This document shows, in pieces, positions 29,170 through 39,245 of a stretch of DNA of 57,594 nt; position 1 is the first letter of the stretch; each line of letters starts with the position of its first letter. Source of the stretch: a virus (taxonomy: Duplodnaviria > Caudoviricetes); IMG/VR virus record IMGVR_UViG_3300009604_000012, positions 1 through 57,594 of that record. The stretch is one strand, 5' to 3'. The notes under the pieces are model-generated. The model saw only the letters and a list, made by a program, of their open reading frames with translations. It ran no database searches and was not told the origin of the DNA. Made by a program: the position numbers and the translations under genes.

Positions 29170-30723
29170 ATGGCTTATTACGTTCGTCCCGGCGCAGGTG
29201 GTTGGGCATCAGTGGCATCGTATCTGTCCGGTGGTCTCGGGCAGATGAGAAATCAGCTTCAGGAAGATGCTCGGTATCAGGACATCAAGGCAGAGCGGGA
29301 AGCTGATCGCCTGTGGCGACAAGACCAAGCGAAACTCGATCAGGAGTTTCGGACCAGCCAGCTTACGATGGCTGAAGAGGCCGCAGAGGATAGGCGACAA
29401 CGAGACTTGTTGGAGGATGCTCGCGCTACAGCGAGGAATCTCTCCATAGGACAGCCGGTCGATATCCCAGGTCTGAAGGAAACATATGGGGATGCCTTTC
29501 AAAAAGTCTTTGGGTCACTGGTTGGTACTCGGAGGGAGATGTTACCACCCGGCTCATCGGGGGTTCCGTGGTCAGATGCAGCACTAGCGGAACCGAACAT
29601 CTGGCTCGGTGACGCAGACTCGCGGCTGGTGGCTGACCAGATGGCGCAGCGGTATGCTCAGGCGGCAGAAGCTACGAGGCAGTTTGGAGTGACCAGTGCC
29701 TTGTCACGAGACCGACTTGATGTTGATAAGTCCCTGCTTGAACTTAACCAAGCTAAGCAACTAAAAGACGAACTGGAGCAGAAGGTTTACAGCGTATTTA
29801 ACCTGCATGCTGGGGCAGTGTCGGAAGCAGCAAACGAGTTAGCAAACGCTCGATCTGATCTCTTTAATGCACAAGTTGAAGCGACGACGACAGATGATCA
29901 AATGGAAAGCTATCAGAGTAGAGTCACAGCTTTTGAGGCAGAACTCGCACGAGCGAAGTCAGCAGCTCTGGCTATGCAGGAGGGTTATGCTGCGTCGGGA
30001 ACGCCAGTACCAGTACAGGCACAGGTGTTGGCTGCCCTTGGTAGGTGGAGGCAACCAAGTGATGGTATGAATCTTAATGTCGATCCCATTGCTAATTTGA
30101 TGAACGGTGGTGGAGGGGATGACACCGGACCTCCTCCTCCTAGCGCAGAACGTATAACAGATCCAGAGTTACAGCGTTTGGCAGGAGTAAATCCATTAGG
30201 ACCTTTTCATCCTGACGCTGCCGAGTGGTACCGATCAAGGGCAGTGGCGGAGAATCGTCCAACGCCCCTCGCAGCGCAATGGCAAGCGAGTGATACTTGG
30301 AGGGATCTCGCTTCTCAGGTAGAAACGATTAAGCGTAACATTGCAGGCTTATGGACTGAAGATCAAACTACACCTGATGATGTATTTACGAGATGGCAGG
30401 ACCCCGACACACGAGCACGAAACCAAGCAATCATAGAAGCGCGAAATAGAGTCCTGAACTCCCCCGTGGGTTTCCCAGAAGCAATTGACGGTCGATTTTC
30501 CGGCAAACTTACCGATCCAGAGCAACTGATTCCTATGCGACTGGATCGAGCAATGGAACATCTTGGGCCGGAAGCAGTTGAGATGTTTCTTGGTGACCAA
30601 TTCGCCCGACTTCCCGGTACAGGACGGTTGATGCCCCATACCGGGGAATTACTTCGAGACTACCTTCAAGGAGCTAGGGAGTGGTCTGACGTTGAAGCGG
30701 CTCTTGGACATCGTTTCCGGTAA
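29170..30723 (+). CDS. Putative ejection protein (coiled coil)
   Basis: Gly-rich N-terminus followed by charged helices; gene position. Confidence 0.55.
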   Translation: MAYYVRPGAGGWASVASYLSGGLGQMRNQLQEDARYQDIKAEREADRLWRQDQAKLDQEFRTSQLTMAEEAAEDRRQRDLLEDARATARNLSIGQPVDIPGLKETYGDAFQKVFGSLVGTRREMLPPGSSGVPWSDAALAEPNIWLGDADSRLVADQMAQRYAQAAEATRQFGVTSALSRDRLDVDKSLLELNQAKQLKDELEQKVYSVFNLHAGAVSEAANELANARSDLFNAQVEATTTDDQMESYQSRVTAFEAELARAKSAALAMQEGYAASGTPVPVQAQVLAALGRWRQPSDGMNLNVDPIANLMNGGGGDDTGPPPPSAERITDPELQRLAGVNPLGPFHPDAAEWYRSRAVAENRPTPLAAQWQASDTWRDLASQVETIKRNIAGLWTEDQTTPDDVFTRWQDPDTRARNQAIIEARNRVLNSPVGFPEAIDGRFSGKLTDPEQLIPMRLDRAMEHLGPEAVEMFLGDQFARLPGTGRLMPHTGELLRDYLQGAREWSDVEAALGHRFR

Positions 30724-30732
30724 GGACAGCGT

Positions 30733-33700
30733 ATGCCTCCTACTCAACCACAACTAAATCCTCGGGCGATGAAGCAGCAGCTTCGTCAACTGAACCCTAC
30801 GTTTCTAGGGACGGATGACGAACTCTATTCGGCGTGGCTCGTGCAGAATCCCCAATACCGAAGTGCTGGCGCGGGAAAGGAAGTCATCGCGGGACAGGCT
30901 CTCGAAGACCCTACATGGTTTTCACAAGCTGTCACCACAGGTGCTCGCATCGGCCCTGCGGTAATCGGGTCTATCTTGGGGTCACCCGGAGGGATTCCGG
31001 GGATAATGGCCGGAGGTGCCGCCGGGAGTGCTATTGGTGAAACGATGGCACAGGGGATTGAACAATACCTTGGACAGCGTGAAGGCTATAACCCTTGGAG
31101 TATTGGGATCGCAACAGGTATGGGTGCCGTGCCGGGTGCCGGGAAACTTCCTGCACTTGCCGGCAAAAGTCTTCCTGCTGTGCAACAAATCCTGAGTCAG
31201 CGTGTGCGGAAGGAAGCCCTCAAGGGTGCCTCGACTGCGACGTTGGGTGATGTCGGCTTCCAGCTCTCCGAAACGGGGGAGTGGAATCCAATGCAAACCT
31301 TTCTCGCTGGGGGGATTGGTGGTCTGGCTGGAGGGGGACTCCAGTCACTATCGCAGCGTGGTATCGCAAAACAGCAAGCAACTGTAGGTGTCTTGAAGCT
31401 TGACCAGATGGAAAAGGATTTCGAGAAGGCACTGGTCACATCCATGAGGACCCCCGGAGAGACGCTCGAAGCGGCAACCACCAGATTTCGTGAAGGGTTC
31501 ATCGATAAGGAATTTGGATATAAATCCTTTGTCCAGAAGCTGGCACACGGAGACTCGGCAGAATTAAGGAAAGGTGGCGTTGGCTGGGGGGATGGGAGTG
31601 AGTTCTCACCAACGGTTGCGGCTGATATTGCAGGGGGCACAGGGGCGAAGGTGGAGGGTGCCGTCGATCAGATGCGGGATATCTTCCATCGTATCTGGCA
31701 GCGGGACATGGCAGCCGATGTCAATCGTCTGCTTACGCTCAAGGGATTCCGTCGTGGCTTTGAGGATTACAACCACAAGCTCAAGAAAGCGCTGGAACAC
31801 GATGCCAAACACGGACTCGCAGGAACCCCGCAAGCCACAGCCGATCCTCTTCAGAAAAAGATGCTTGAAGGGAAGGTGCTGCCGCAAGGCTACACAGAGA
31901 AGGAAGTGCTGGATGATCTTCGCAAGGTAAAAGCTGGGTTGATATCGTCAGGACGGTGGGAAGAAGTCAATGCGTTTGCTGATGAGATTGTGCATTTTAA
32001 CCGGGAATCCCTGATGTTGATGCAGCACTATCAACTCATCAGTGCAAAGACTGCGAATGCCTTGAGGAATGTGCAGCCGCAGTTAAGCAAACTCCAGAGG
32101 AAGAAGCTCGGGTTAGAAGCGCTTGACTACGAGCAGTATGGTGGCAGGCGAGATAAATACGGCGAGAAGGCTTTGCGCGAGCACATTCCCCTTTTCCGTT
32201 TCATGGATGCCATTGGTGAAGACATCGGGGATCTTGATGAAACAGCCGCAGCAGTCGCTCGGGAAATTGGCGAGCGGGTGCAGAAGGGAAAGACAGGATC
32301 GTGGAAGTTCGATCCCTTTGGTGGGTCAGCAAAAGCAGTTGTCCCTCCAATGGAATCCTCGCTTCGGGCGCGGCGTGGCCTTGTCATTGCTGGCGAGGAC
32401 AACATGCGGAAGTTAGCGCTCGTGAATTTTGTCGAAGCTGATTTTCAGAAAGGGAGTCCAAAGATAGGACCGAAGGTGCAAGATCACATGCGCCTCAAGA
32501 AACACTTCGTAAACCTTACGAAAGAGAATAAAAAACTCAGCGACCTGCCGGGGCAGGGGTATGACTGGGAAACGTTCACGGTACTGAAAGACGGAAACCG
32601 CCAAACCTGGGCTGCACCTGAAGCAATCGTTGCCTCTATCAACCATCTCGATGAGGCAGGGTCTGCCATGTTGGGTGAGGTAGCCATGAACTTTGGTGCC
32701 CGTCTGACTGCCCGGTTTGCGACCTCGCTTAATGTTGGCTTCTCGATAACCAACGTCCTGCGCGACAACATGGACTTGGTGATGATGCGGAAGGTTGTAC
32801 ATAACCCAGTGCAGTTTGCGGGGTATCTCACGGAGTGGGGAAAGACCCTCGTGCAAGTGATCCGACAAGAACTCACACACGGAGCACGAGCGGGGGCACG
32901 AGCGATTCCATTTGGATTGGGGCGCAAGTTTGGAAAGCTCCCGATTCCAGCCTACAAGCAGGAAGTTGTTGATTGGAGCACGGGGGAAACTGGTTTGGTT
33001 GACCTGCAACAAGAAATGGTTGACGCAGGTGGCGCATTCTCCGGGTTGCAGCGACAAATTTCTCCCGGTGAATACATCGGTGGGTCCGCGATGGAAGAAG
33101 GCGGCAGTGCGATGACCAACAACTTGCTGAGTGGCATCGACACTGTGCTGAGTCCGTTCGCTCGCTTCTCGGGTGCACTGGAAGATACAACCAAGATTGC
33201 AGCGTATAAGACACTTCGTAAACAGGGTGTCTCTCCAAGAGAAGCCGCATGGCTCACACGGAAGTTTGGTGGGTCTCCTGACTTTGCGGTGCGTGGACGG
33301 TATGCACGGCATGCGGGGAGTATGGTGCTCTTCTTCAATGCCCAGATGCAGGGGATCGTGCGGAATGCGGCGGTGCTCAAGGATTTGAAGAAAGATAAAT
33401 GGGCATTTACCCAGATGATGATGGGCGCGACGGGTTTGGAATTGCTCCGCACCCAGTGGAACTCCAGATATACAGACCCTGATGGCACTCCATCGGCTGA
33501 CCGGATGACCACGAGTGACCGGGAGAATTACTGGACATGGGTGCTGCCCGAGACGGAAGTGATCCAAGGGGTGCCACGCCATAAGATGCTGAAGTTTTCC
33601 AAAGGGCATCTTGCGCGGATTATCTTTAATCCGATTGCTGATGTGTTACACGCCGCACATAGTGAACGCGAACAGTGGTCACCCACACAAACCACGCTGA

Positions 33701-34410
33701 ACCTGTTCGAGCAGTTCTCCCCTGGATCGATCAATTTGGAACCGGGACGGATGGGTGAAAGTTTCCTCGATGGTCTCGTCAGTAGCTCGACCCCCTTAAT
33801 CAAGACTCCGATTGAACTGGCATGGAACCGGCGCACCTTTAGCGGCACTCCGATTGAATCAATGGGGCAACAGCAACGGTCCCCATCCTATCGTGCAAGG
33901 GCAGATACCTCACCACTCTTCAAACATGGTGCAGCGATGTTGCGCGAGACGACGGGGATTGAAGCATCGCCAGTCTTGGGTGAGTATGCCATGCGAAGCA
34001 TCATCCCCGGATTGGGTGAGCAGGTGACCAAGGCTGGGGATGTCATCCTTGGTGGTGGGTCTATCCCCGGTGCTGTTGGAGCATCGCTGGTCGAACCTGT
34101 CTTGCGCCGATTCAAAGGGAGTCGGGGTGATCAGGTGCTACGTGACCTGAGCACCAAGTTCTATCGTGCTGTTGACCGCACACGGAAGGCCCATGCGGAT
34201 TTACGGAGTCTGCAAGTCAACGAACCGGGGAAAGCTCAGGCATTTGTGAATAAGCATCAGACACTCCTTCAGTATCGCCTGCCCTTGCAGCGAATCCAAA
34301 CGCAACTCGGACGGTTACAGCAACTTCCCGATGAGCAGAGTGCTCCGGTTATCCGACAGTTGCTTGAGAATGCCGCTACGATTATTGACCGGATGAAGAA
34401 CGATGGCTAG
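30733..34410 (+). CDS. Large internal virion protein with LPD38-like C-terminus
   Basis: FSITNVLRD, PDFAVRG, FFNAQMQG, PLIKTPIELAWNRRTFSGTPI; N-terminal glycine zipper. Confidence 0.7.
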   Translation: MPPTQPQLNPRAMKQQLRQLNPTFLGTDDELYSAWLVQNPQYRSAGAGKEVIAGQALEDPTWFSQAVTTGARIGPAVIGSILGSPGGIPGIMAGGAAGSAIGETMAQGIEQYLGQREGYNPWSIGIATGMGAVPGAGKLPALAGKSLPAVQQILSQRVRKEALKGASTATLGDVGFQLSETGEWNPMQTFLAGGIGGLAGGGLQSLSQRGIAKQQATVGVLKLDQMEKDFEKALVTSMRTPGETLEAATTRFREGFIDKEFGYKSFVQKLAHGDSAELRKGGVGWGDGSEFSPTVAADIAGGTGAKVEGAVDQMRDIFHRIWQRDMAADVNRLLTLKGFRRGFEDYNHKLKKALEHDAKHGLAGTPQATADPLQKKMLEGKVLPQGYTEKEVLDDLRKVKAGLISSGRWEEVNAFADEIVHFNRESLMLMQHYQLISAKTANALRNVQPQLSKLQRKKLGLEALDYEQYGGRRDKYGEKALREHIPLFRFMDAIGEDIGDLDETAAAVAREIGERVQKGKTGSWKFDPFGGSAKAVVPPMESSLRARRGLVIAGEDNMRKLALVNFVEADFQKGSPKIGPKVQDHMRLKKHFVNLTKENKKLSDLPGQGYDWETFTVLKDGNRQTWAAPEAIVASINHLDEAGSAMLGEVAMNFGARLTARFATSLNVGFSITNVLRDNMDLVMMRKVVHNPVQFAGYLTEWGKTLVQVIRQELTHGARAGARAIPFGLGRKFGKLPIPAYKQEVVDWSTGETGLVDLQQEMVDAGGAFSGLQRQISPGEYIGGSAMEEGGSAMTNNLLSGIDTVLSPFARFSGALEDTTKIAAYKTLRKQGVSPREAAWLTRKFGGSPDFAVRGRYARHAGSMVLFFNAQMQGIVRNAAVLKDLKKDKWAFTQMMMGATGLELLRTQWNSRYTDPDGTPSADRMTTSDRENYWTWVLPETEVIQGVPRHKMLKFSKGHLARIIFNPIADVLHAAHSEREQWSPTQTTLNLFEQFSPGSINLEPGRMGESFLDGLVSSSTPLIKTPIELAWNRRTFSGTPIESMGQQQRSPSYRARADTSPLFKHGAAMLRETTGIEASPVLGEYAMRSIIPGLGEQVTKAGDVILGGGSIPGAVGASLVEPVLRRFKGSRGDQVLRDLSTKFYRAVDRTRKAHADLRSLQVNEPGKAQAFVNKHQTLLQYRLPLQRIQTQLGRLQQLPDEQSAPVIRQLLENAATIIDRMKNDG

Positions 34411-35641
34411 TGCTTCAGAAATCATCAGACGGACATTGGAAGAAGCAACACAACGTGTCGCTGATCTGAAACGGATTCCGGGTGGTGATTACCTCGGAGG
34501 CTATGATGAGGTCGAGGACCGTGGTGGCTTTGGGCATCGACCAACAGGCATCCTGCCCCGCGATGTAGGCGCACCGGGGATTCAGGCTGAACCGGAACCA
34601 ACACTGTTTGATCGGTTAATCACACCATTGGTTCCCGAGTCTTCGATTCCGGGGCCAACGAATCTGTGGAGACATTTCACAGCACCCGTTGATGTGCTTG
34701 GGGGTGCTGCTGCGGGAGTAGTGCCAAAGCTCGTACGGGCTGGTAAGTTTGGTGTCAGTAACGCTGCACGAAGACTCGCCGGGTTGTCCAATGCACCCTA
34801 TGTCGCGTTGGGTGCTGAAGATGTCGTGGGTGGAATCACTGATGCTGACCCCATGCAAACAGCTTCGGGTTTTATACAAGCGCTGCTTGGGTCAGCGGGT
34901 GCGAAAGAAGCCTTTGTGCGTGGCTTCGACCCTCGTGCGGTCGTTGATGCCTATGCTCGATCCAGAGGACGACCTGTATCTTCTCCAGCGGGAGGTCTCG
35001 TAGACGAAGCGAGAGCACGACAGATTGCTGATCGCTATGCAGCCGGTGGCTACACAGGGTCGGAAGTTCCTATTGGTTATGGACGAATGTTTGATGAGAT
35101 GGCTGATCAGACGAGGTTCTTGGAAGATCAGGCAGGTCTCACCATCGAACCATGGACAGGTTCCGGTCAACCCTATGGAAGCTCAAAGGAGATGGTAGCG
35201 GATTTATTAGATCGAAGTCATTATTACTACTATCCCACAGCATCAGGCTTCGGGGAGACAAGTGGTGTGATAGACCCCACGATGGCAGCATTCCAAACGG
35301 GGTCGCGCCCCACCCGTCTTCGGAATGATGACTTGCGTATTGCCCATGATCTCATGGCTCATGCACCGGGGAGACATCAATTCGGACCCATTGGTGAAGA
35401 ACGCGCTTGGATTGAGCATATGAATCTGCTCCCCGCGAACACGCCATCAGATGACTGGATGCGACAGGCGTTGACCAATGAGACACGAGGGCAGAATAGT
35501 TGGGTTAATTTTGGACCCCACCTTCGACGACCGGATGGCAGTCTGCCACAGCGTGGAGATCCTGATTGGATACATCCCGCTGACCGACCATTCGCGGATC
35601 AAGTAATGCAATTCCTTGGTGGTGACCTGCATGTCAGATGA
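34403..35641 (+). CDS. Putative injected protein with polyvalent-protein-type domain
   Basis: NDDLRIAHDLMAH...GEERAW..H...ETRGQNSWVNFGP. Confidence 0.6.
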   Translation: MASASEIIRRTLEEATQRVADLKRIPGGDYLGGYDEVEDRGGFGHRPTGILPRDVGAPGIQAEPEPTLFDRLITPLVPESSIPGPTNLWRHFTAPVDVLGGAAAGVVPKLVRAGKFGVSNAARRLAGLSNAPYVALGAEDVVGGITDADPMQTASGFIQALLGSAGAKEAFVRGFDPRAVVDAYARSRGRPVSSPAGGLVDEARARQIADRYAAGGYTGSEVPIGYGRMFDEMADQTRFLEDQAGLTIEPWTGSGQPYGSSKEMVADLLDRSHYYYYPTASGFGETSGVIDPTMAAFQTGSRPTRLRNDDLRIAHDLMAHAPGRHQFGPIGEERAWIEHMNLLPANTPSDDWMRQALTNETRGQNSWVNFGPHLRRPDGSLPQRGDPDWIHPADRPFADQVMQFLGGDLHVR

Positions 35642-38600
35642 ACGAAGTTCTCTTGAAGAACACCTGATTACAGCAATGTTGATGGGCACTCGTGTGCTGC
35701 CTGCATTGGGGGGACTTGCCTTTGGTGGTCCTGTTGGTGGGGCAGCAGGGGGGATGGCTGGCGAGACGCTGGCTCAGGGAATCGAACGGTATCTCGGTCG
35801 GAGAGAAGAGTTCAATCCTGCTTCGATAGGTATCAACACAGTCCTCGGAGGAGTGCCATTAGGTCGCGTTGCTCAAGCAGGACGCTGGGCACGGATGGGA
35901 AGAGAAGCCGCAAAGGGTGCGGGGATGGGTGTCGCGGCTGATGTGCCGTTGCAATTGGCAGAGACAGGAGCGTGGGACCCACGGCAAACGCTGATCTCTG
36001 CGGGGATGGGTGCGGGTCTCGGGAGCCTTGGTGGAATTGCCCGACCGAAAGCGAGGCTTCGTGCTGAACCAGCTCCTGTTGATTTGGATTTCGTGCCGTC
36101 AACCGCACCAAGCATCACGCAAGCTCAGGCTGCCAAGGGAGAGACCGGACAGCTCCTCCTCCCCGGAGCGAATCGTCTGTGGGAAAAGGTCGCGGTGTTA
36201 GCGAGTGGATCGCCGGGGAGTCAGGCGTGGGAACGATTGGGCGGGGTGACGCACGGTGGACCGAGAGCACTTCGAGGACGAGGGGAACGAGCAAGCTCGG
36301 CCTTGTTGCTTGAAGATATGCTTCAGCAAATCGCCGAACGAAAGGGAGCACCGAACACACAGTTCCTAAAACAGCTTGGTCAGATTGATAAAGACACGCG
36401 CATCCGTGCCACGAAGCTGCTGGAAAAACTGCAAGCGGGGAATGAAAAGGCCCTGACGTTTTTTGGAAAAGAGGCTGGTAAGAAACTTTCCAGATCCGAA
36501 CAGGGAATTATCAAGCGGCAAATCGCTGCGTTGACAAAGGTCAAGTCGGGATTGATAGACCCCATGGGTCCCAGTGGAAAATTCCCCGGATTCAAGAACA
36601 TCAATCTCCCTGGCACCCGGCACTTTAATTCCAAAGCTATCACCAAGCTCCGCTATCGTGCGAATAGTGATGGCACACAGGTGCCAAACTTCCCAACGCA
36701 ATCGGAGTTGAATGGACTCTGGGCACGAGGGAAACCGTGGGCTGCATTCTATAGCACCATACCCGAACAAATAGAAGGTGTCGTCCCTCCGCAGCATCAG
36801 ATTGCGTTTCTGAGCGACAACGCAGGGTATTCTCCACAGGCTTCCCCGAGAGAAGCGCTTGTGCATTCAGTCTTTGGTGCCTCGCGTCGAGAAGCTGGTC
36901 TACATACCCGTGGCACAGGTGTCGAAACGGCATGGGTGAATCGTCGTGCTATTGAATCTGGCATTGTTGACCCCATGACAGGCGGGTTTTCTAAACGAGG
37001 GCATGGTCAGGGGCTGGACGATGTTGGTGAAGGAGGGTGGGTGGAGATTGGGCAGGATGGTTTGAAGATACGGAACTATCGAGAGAACTTGCTTGAACGC
37101 TATGACACAGGTGATGGACCCATTGTGCGTATGACCCCGAATCTCGTCAAGAAACGGATGGAGAAGGGGGAGGATATGGTGGCATGGGTCAAGCATATAC
37201 AGGATGAGGCTGTCACGATTGATACCTGGATGGCATCGTTGTATGGCATTGATGCATCGAGGTTACAAAATACACAATGGGGCCGCGATATGTATGTCGC
37301 TATGGCGAATGACATACGACGGAAAGCGCGGAAAGCTGGTAAGACCCCCTCTGAATATCAAGCAGGCATCTGGGCAGGCGTTCGTCAGAATATGATGGAA
37401 GGTGGCGAGACGATTGGTGGTTCGCTCCGTGTAGATTATGGGCAGCGAAGTCTGCTTCCAAAATTGACCATCGCGCCCGGTGCAGCCGGGAAAGAAATCA
37501 CGACACCCATTCGTGAGCTGGTTGATGCGATTGGAGAGACCGAACTAGGTGCTGGAGGACAGGGTGTTCTTCCGCTTGAGATACCAACAGGTGTGCGCTA
37601 TATGCTCCCCGATGAAGAACAGATTAATGTCGGGGATGTCACAGCGGCGGGAAGAACACCGAGAGAAAAGGGTGGTGGTCTTCGTCCTGGGATCTCTGAA
37701 GTGTGGGCAAAAATTACCGCACCCCAAGTCTTGAACACCTTGCGAATGCAACGAAGCCGCAAGGATACCGTTGGTCTGTCGAAATCTATGCGAACGGGTG
37801 AGGATGTTGCAGATGCGCCCGTGATGTTTGTTGCGTTGAAGAATCGAGATCAGCGCACGGGGAAACTCGCACATTATTCCGAACGACAATGGGAAGGATT
37901 GCCGAACTTGAAGGACCTCTTGTCGTTCCTTTCGGACCAGTCGCATCGTCTTGCAGGGAAAGAAGGAGATACGGTTATGGGTGTCTTCTTTGAACAGGGT
38001 CGGCATGCGGTTACTGACCGCACACATCCCCTCTTTCGGTGGACAACATCTAAACACGGGGGACGCACGACAGCCGATGTTTCAAAGATGATCCCCGAGA
38101 AACCAGTCACAACAGCGAAGGAAGCTGCGCGACATGGATCGGGACGACCACCAGAGTATGAGCTACATGGATTCCGTACGGGGATGGACACAGCACGATT
38201 GAATGAACAGTTCTCTGTGTGGCACAACGAGTATTATCAACTCGTCCAAGTTGAGGACCTTGCGGTCACCGTCAATCCAAAGAATCCAAATCGCCTGGTG
38301 GTGAAAAAGAATCTCGGCACCCCACGCTTTGCTGATGAGTCCCGCCCGGAGAGTACGAAGTATGGCTTTACAAAACAACAGTCGGGAGATTTTGTGGGAT
38401 GGACGACAGATGAAGGACTCTCCTTCGCCAGAAACCAACCACCAAATACCCAGCGAGTTCGTGGAGAACTCATCTACGATCTCTTTGGATCACCGACACC
38501 TGTGGATGACATCACATCACAACAACTCTCCTTCCTCAAACGAAACGAGCATCTAGGAGCCGGTGCGGATTCTGTTGGTGGTGACTTTAGAGGCTTACTC

Positions 38601-38753
38601 CAAGGAACAGACACATCACGTACGGCTATCGAGAAGCAACTCAAAGAGATCGGATATCAGGGTTACTACACCGATGCGAGTAAGACAGAGATCGTCTGGT
38701 TTGGCGATGCTGTCGAAGGCTGGAACTACCCGTGGAAACCGAAAGGATACTAA
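35631..38753 (+). CDS. Large polyvalent-type protein (glycine-zipper header, DUF7178/glycosylase-like domain, ART-like C-terminus)
   Basis: YSPQ...VTIDTWM...YQAGIW; C-terminal GYQGY....EIVWF; likely start at ATG 35631. Confidence 0.6.
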   Translation: MSDERSSLEEHLITAMLMGTRVLPALGGLAFGGPVGGAAGGMAGETLAQGIERYLGRREEFNPASIGINTVLGGVPLGRVAQAGRWARMGREAAKGAGMGVAADVPLQLAETGAWDPRQTLISAGMGAGLGSLGGIARPKARLRAEPAPVDLDFVPSTAPSITQAQAAKGETGQLLLPGANRLWEKVAVLASGSPGSQAWERLGGVTHGGPRALRGRGERASSALLLEDMLQQIAERKGAPNTQFLKQLGQIDKDTRIRATKLLEKLQAGNEKALTFFGKEAGKKLSRSEQGIIKRQIAALTKVKSGLIDPMGPSGKFPGFKNINLPGTRHFNSKAITKLRYRANSDGTQVPNFPTQSELNGLWARGKPWAAFYSTIPEQIEGVVPPQHQIAFLSDNAGYSPQASPREALVHSVFGASRREAGLHTRGTGVETAWVNRRAIESGIVDPMTGGFSKRGHGQGLDDVGEGGWVEIGQDGLKIRNYRENLLERYDTGDGPIVRMTPNLVKKRMEKGEDMVAWVKHIQDEAVTIDTWMASLYGIDASRLQNTQWGRDMYVAMANDIRRKARKAGKTPSEYQAGIWAGVRQNMMEGGETIGGSLRVDYGQRSLLPKLTIAPGAAGKEITTPIRELVDAIGETELGAGGQGVLPLEIPTGVRYMLPDEEQINVGDVTAAGRTPREKGGGLRPGISEVWAKITAPQVLNTLRMQRSRKDTVGLSKSMRTGEDVADAPVMFVALKNRDQRTGKLAHYSERQWEGLPNLKDLLSFLSDQSHRLAGKEGDTVMGVFFEQGRHAVTDRTHPLFRWTTSKHGGRTTADVSKMIPEKPVTTAKEAARHGSGRPPEYELHGFRTGMDTARLNEQFSVWHNEYYQLVQVEDLAVTVNPKNPNRLVVKKNLGTPRFADESRPESTKYGFTKQQSGDFVGWTTDEGLSFARNQPPNTQRVRGELIYDLFGSPTPVDDITSQQLSFLKRNEHLGAGADSVGGDFRGLLQGTDTSRTAIEKQLKEIGYQGYYTDASKTEIVWFGDAVEGWNYPWKPKGY

Positions 38754-38756
38754 GCA

Positions 38757-39203
38757 ATGGCATTTCCCCAAGGACAGGGTGTCCCTACCGCTATGGGCGT
38801 CACCCCCGCACGACCGTCGAACACCGGTATGAGCGCAGGACCATCAGGGATGAACCCCAGTCCCCCACCGGGTGGTGGCCCAGCCGTCATACCCCCCGGT
38901 CCAGTACCCGGAGTACCCATGGACGCACCTCCACCACCCATGACAGGCCAAGCAGTGCCCATGGAACAAGGTCGAGTCTATGATCTTAATCAGGATGCGC
39001 CGACAGACGGTGGTCCCGGTGGTGGTGTTATGGCACAACTCGAAGCATCAGGACTATCCGGGCAAGCCTTGATGGAAGCGCTCATTGGGGTCCTCTCACA
39101 GATGGGGATGAGCAAGGTGCGGTTTAATGGTGAAGAAATGCCATTGGGTCCAGGGGCAATGTCCGGTCCCGGCATGGGTCCCGGCGGACCACCACTCGCC
39201 TAA
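38757..39203 (+). CDS. Pro/Gly/Met-rich low-complexity protein
   Basis: ORF track; starts 3 nt after the previous stop. Confidence 0.6.
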   Translation: MAFPQGQGVPTAMGVTPARPSNTGMSAGPSGMNPSPPPGGGPAVIPPGPVPGVPMDAPPPPMTGQAVPMEQGRVYDLNQDAPTDGGPGGGVMAQLEASGLSGQALMEALIGVLSQMGMSKVRFNGEEMPLGPGAMSGPGMGPGGPPLA

Positions 39204-39245
39204 CTCATTGATTCTTTAGGAGTTTACGTGTTACGTTAGCCTGCT

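Noticed and set aside
32413-33609. 398-aa minus-strand ORF (also 6386-7372, 50362-51099, 52996-53874)
   Set aside because: Antisense to well-supported genes, with no motifs or RBS.
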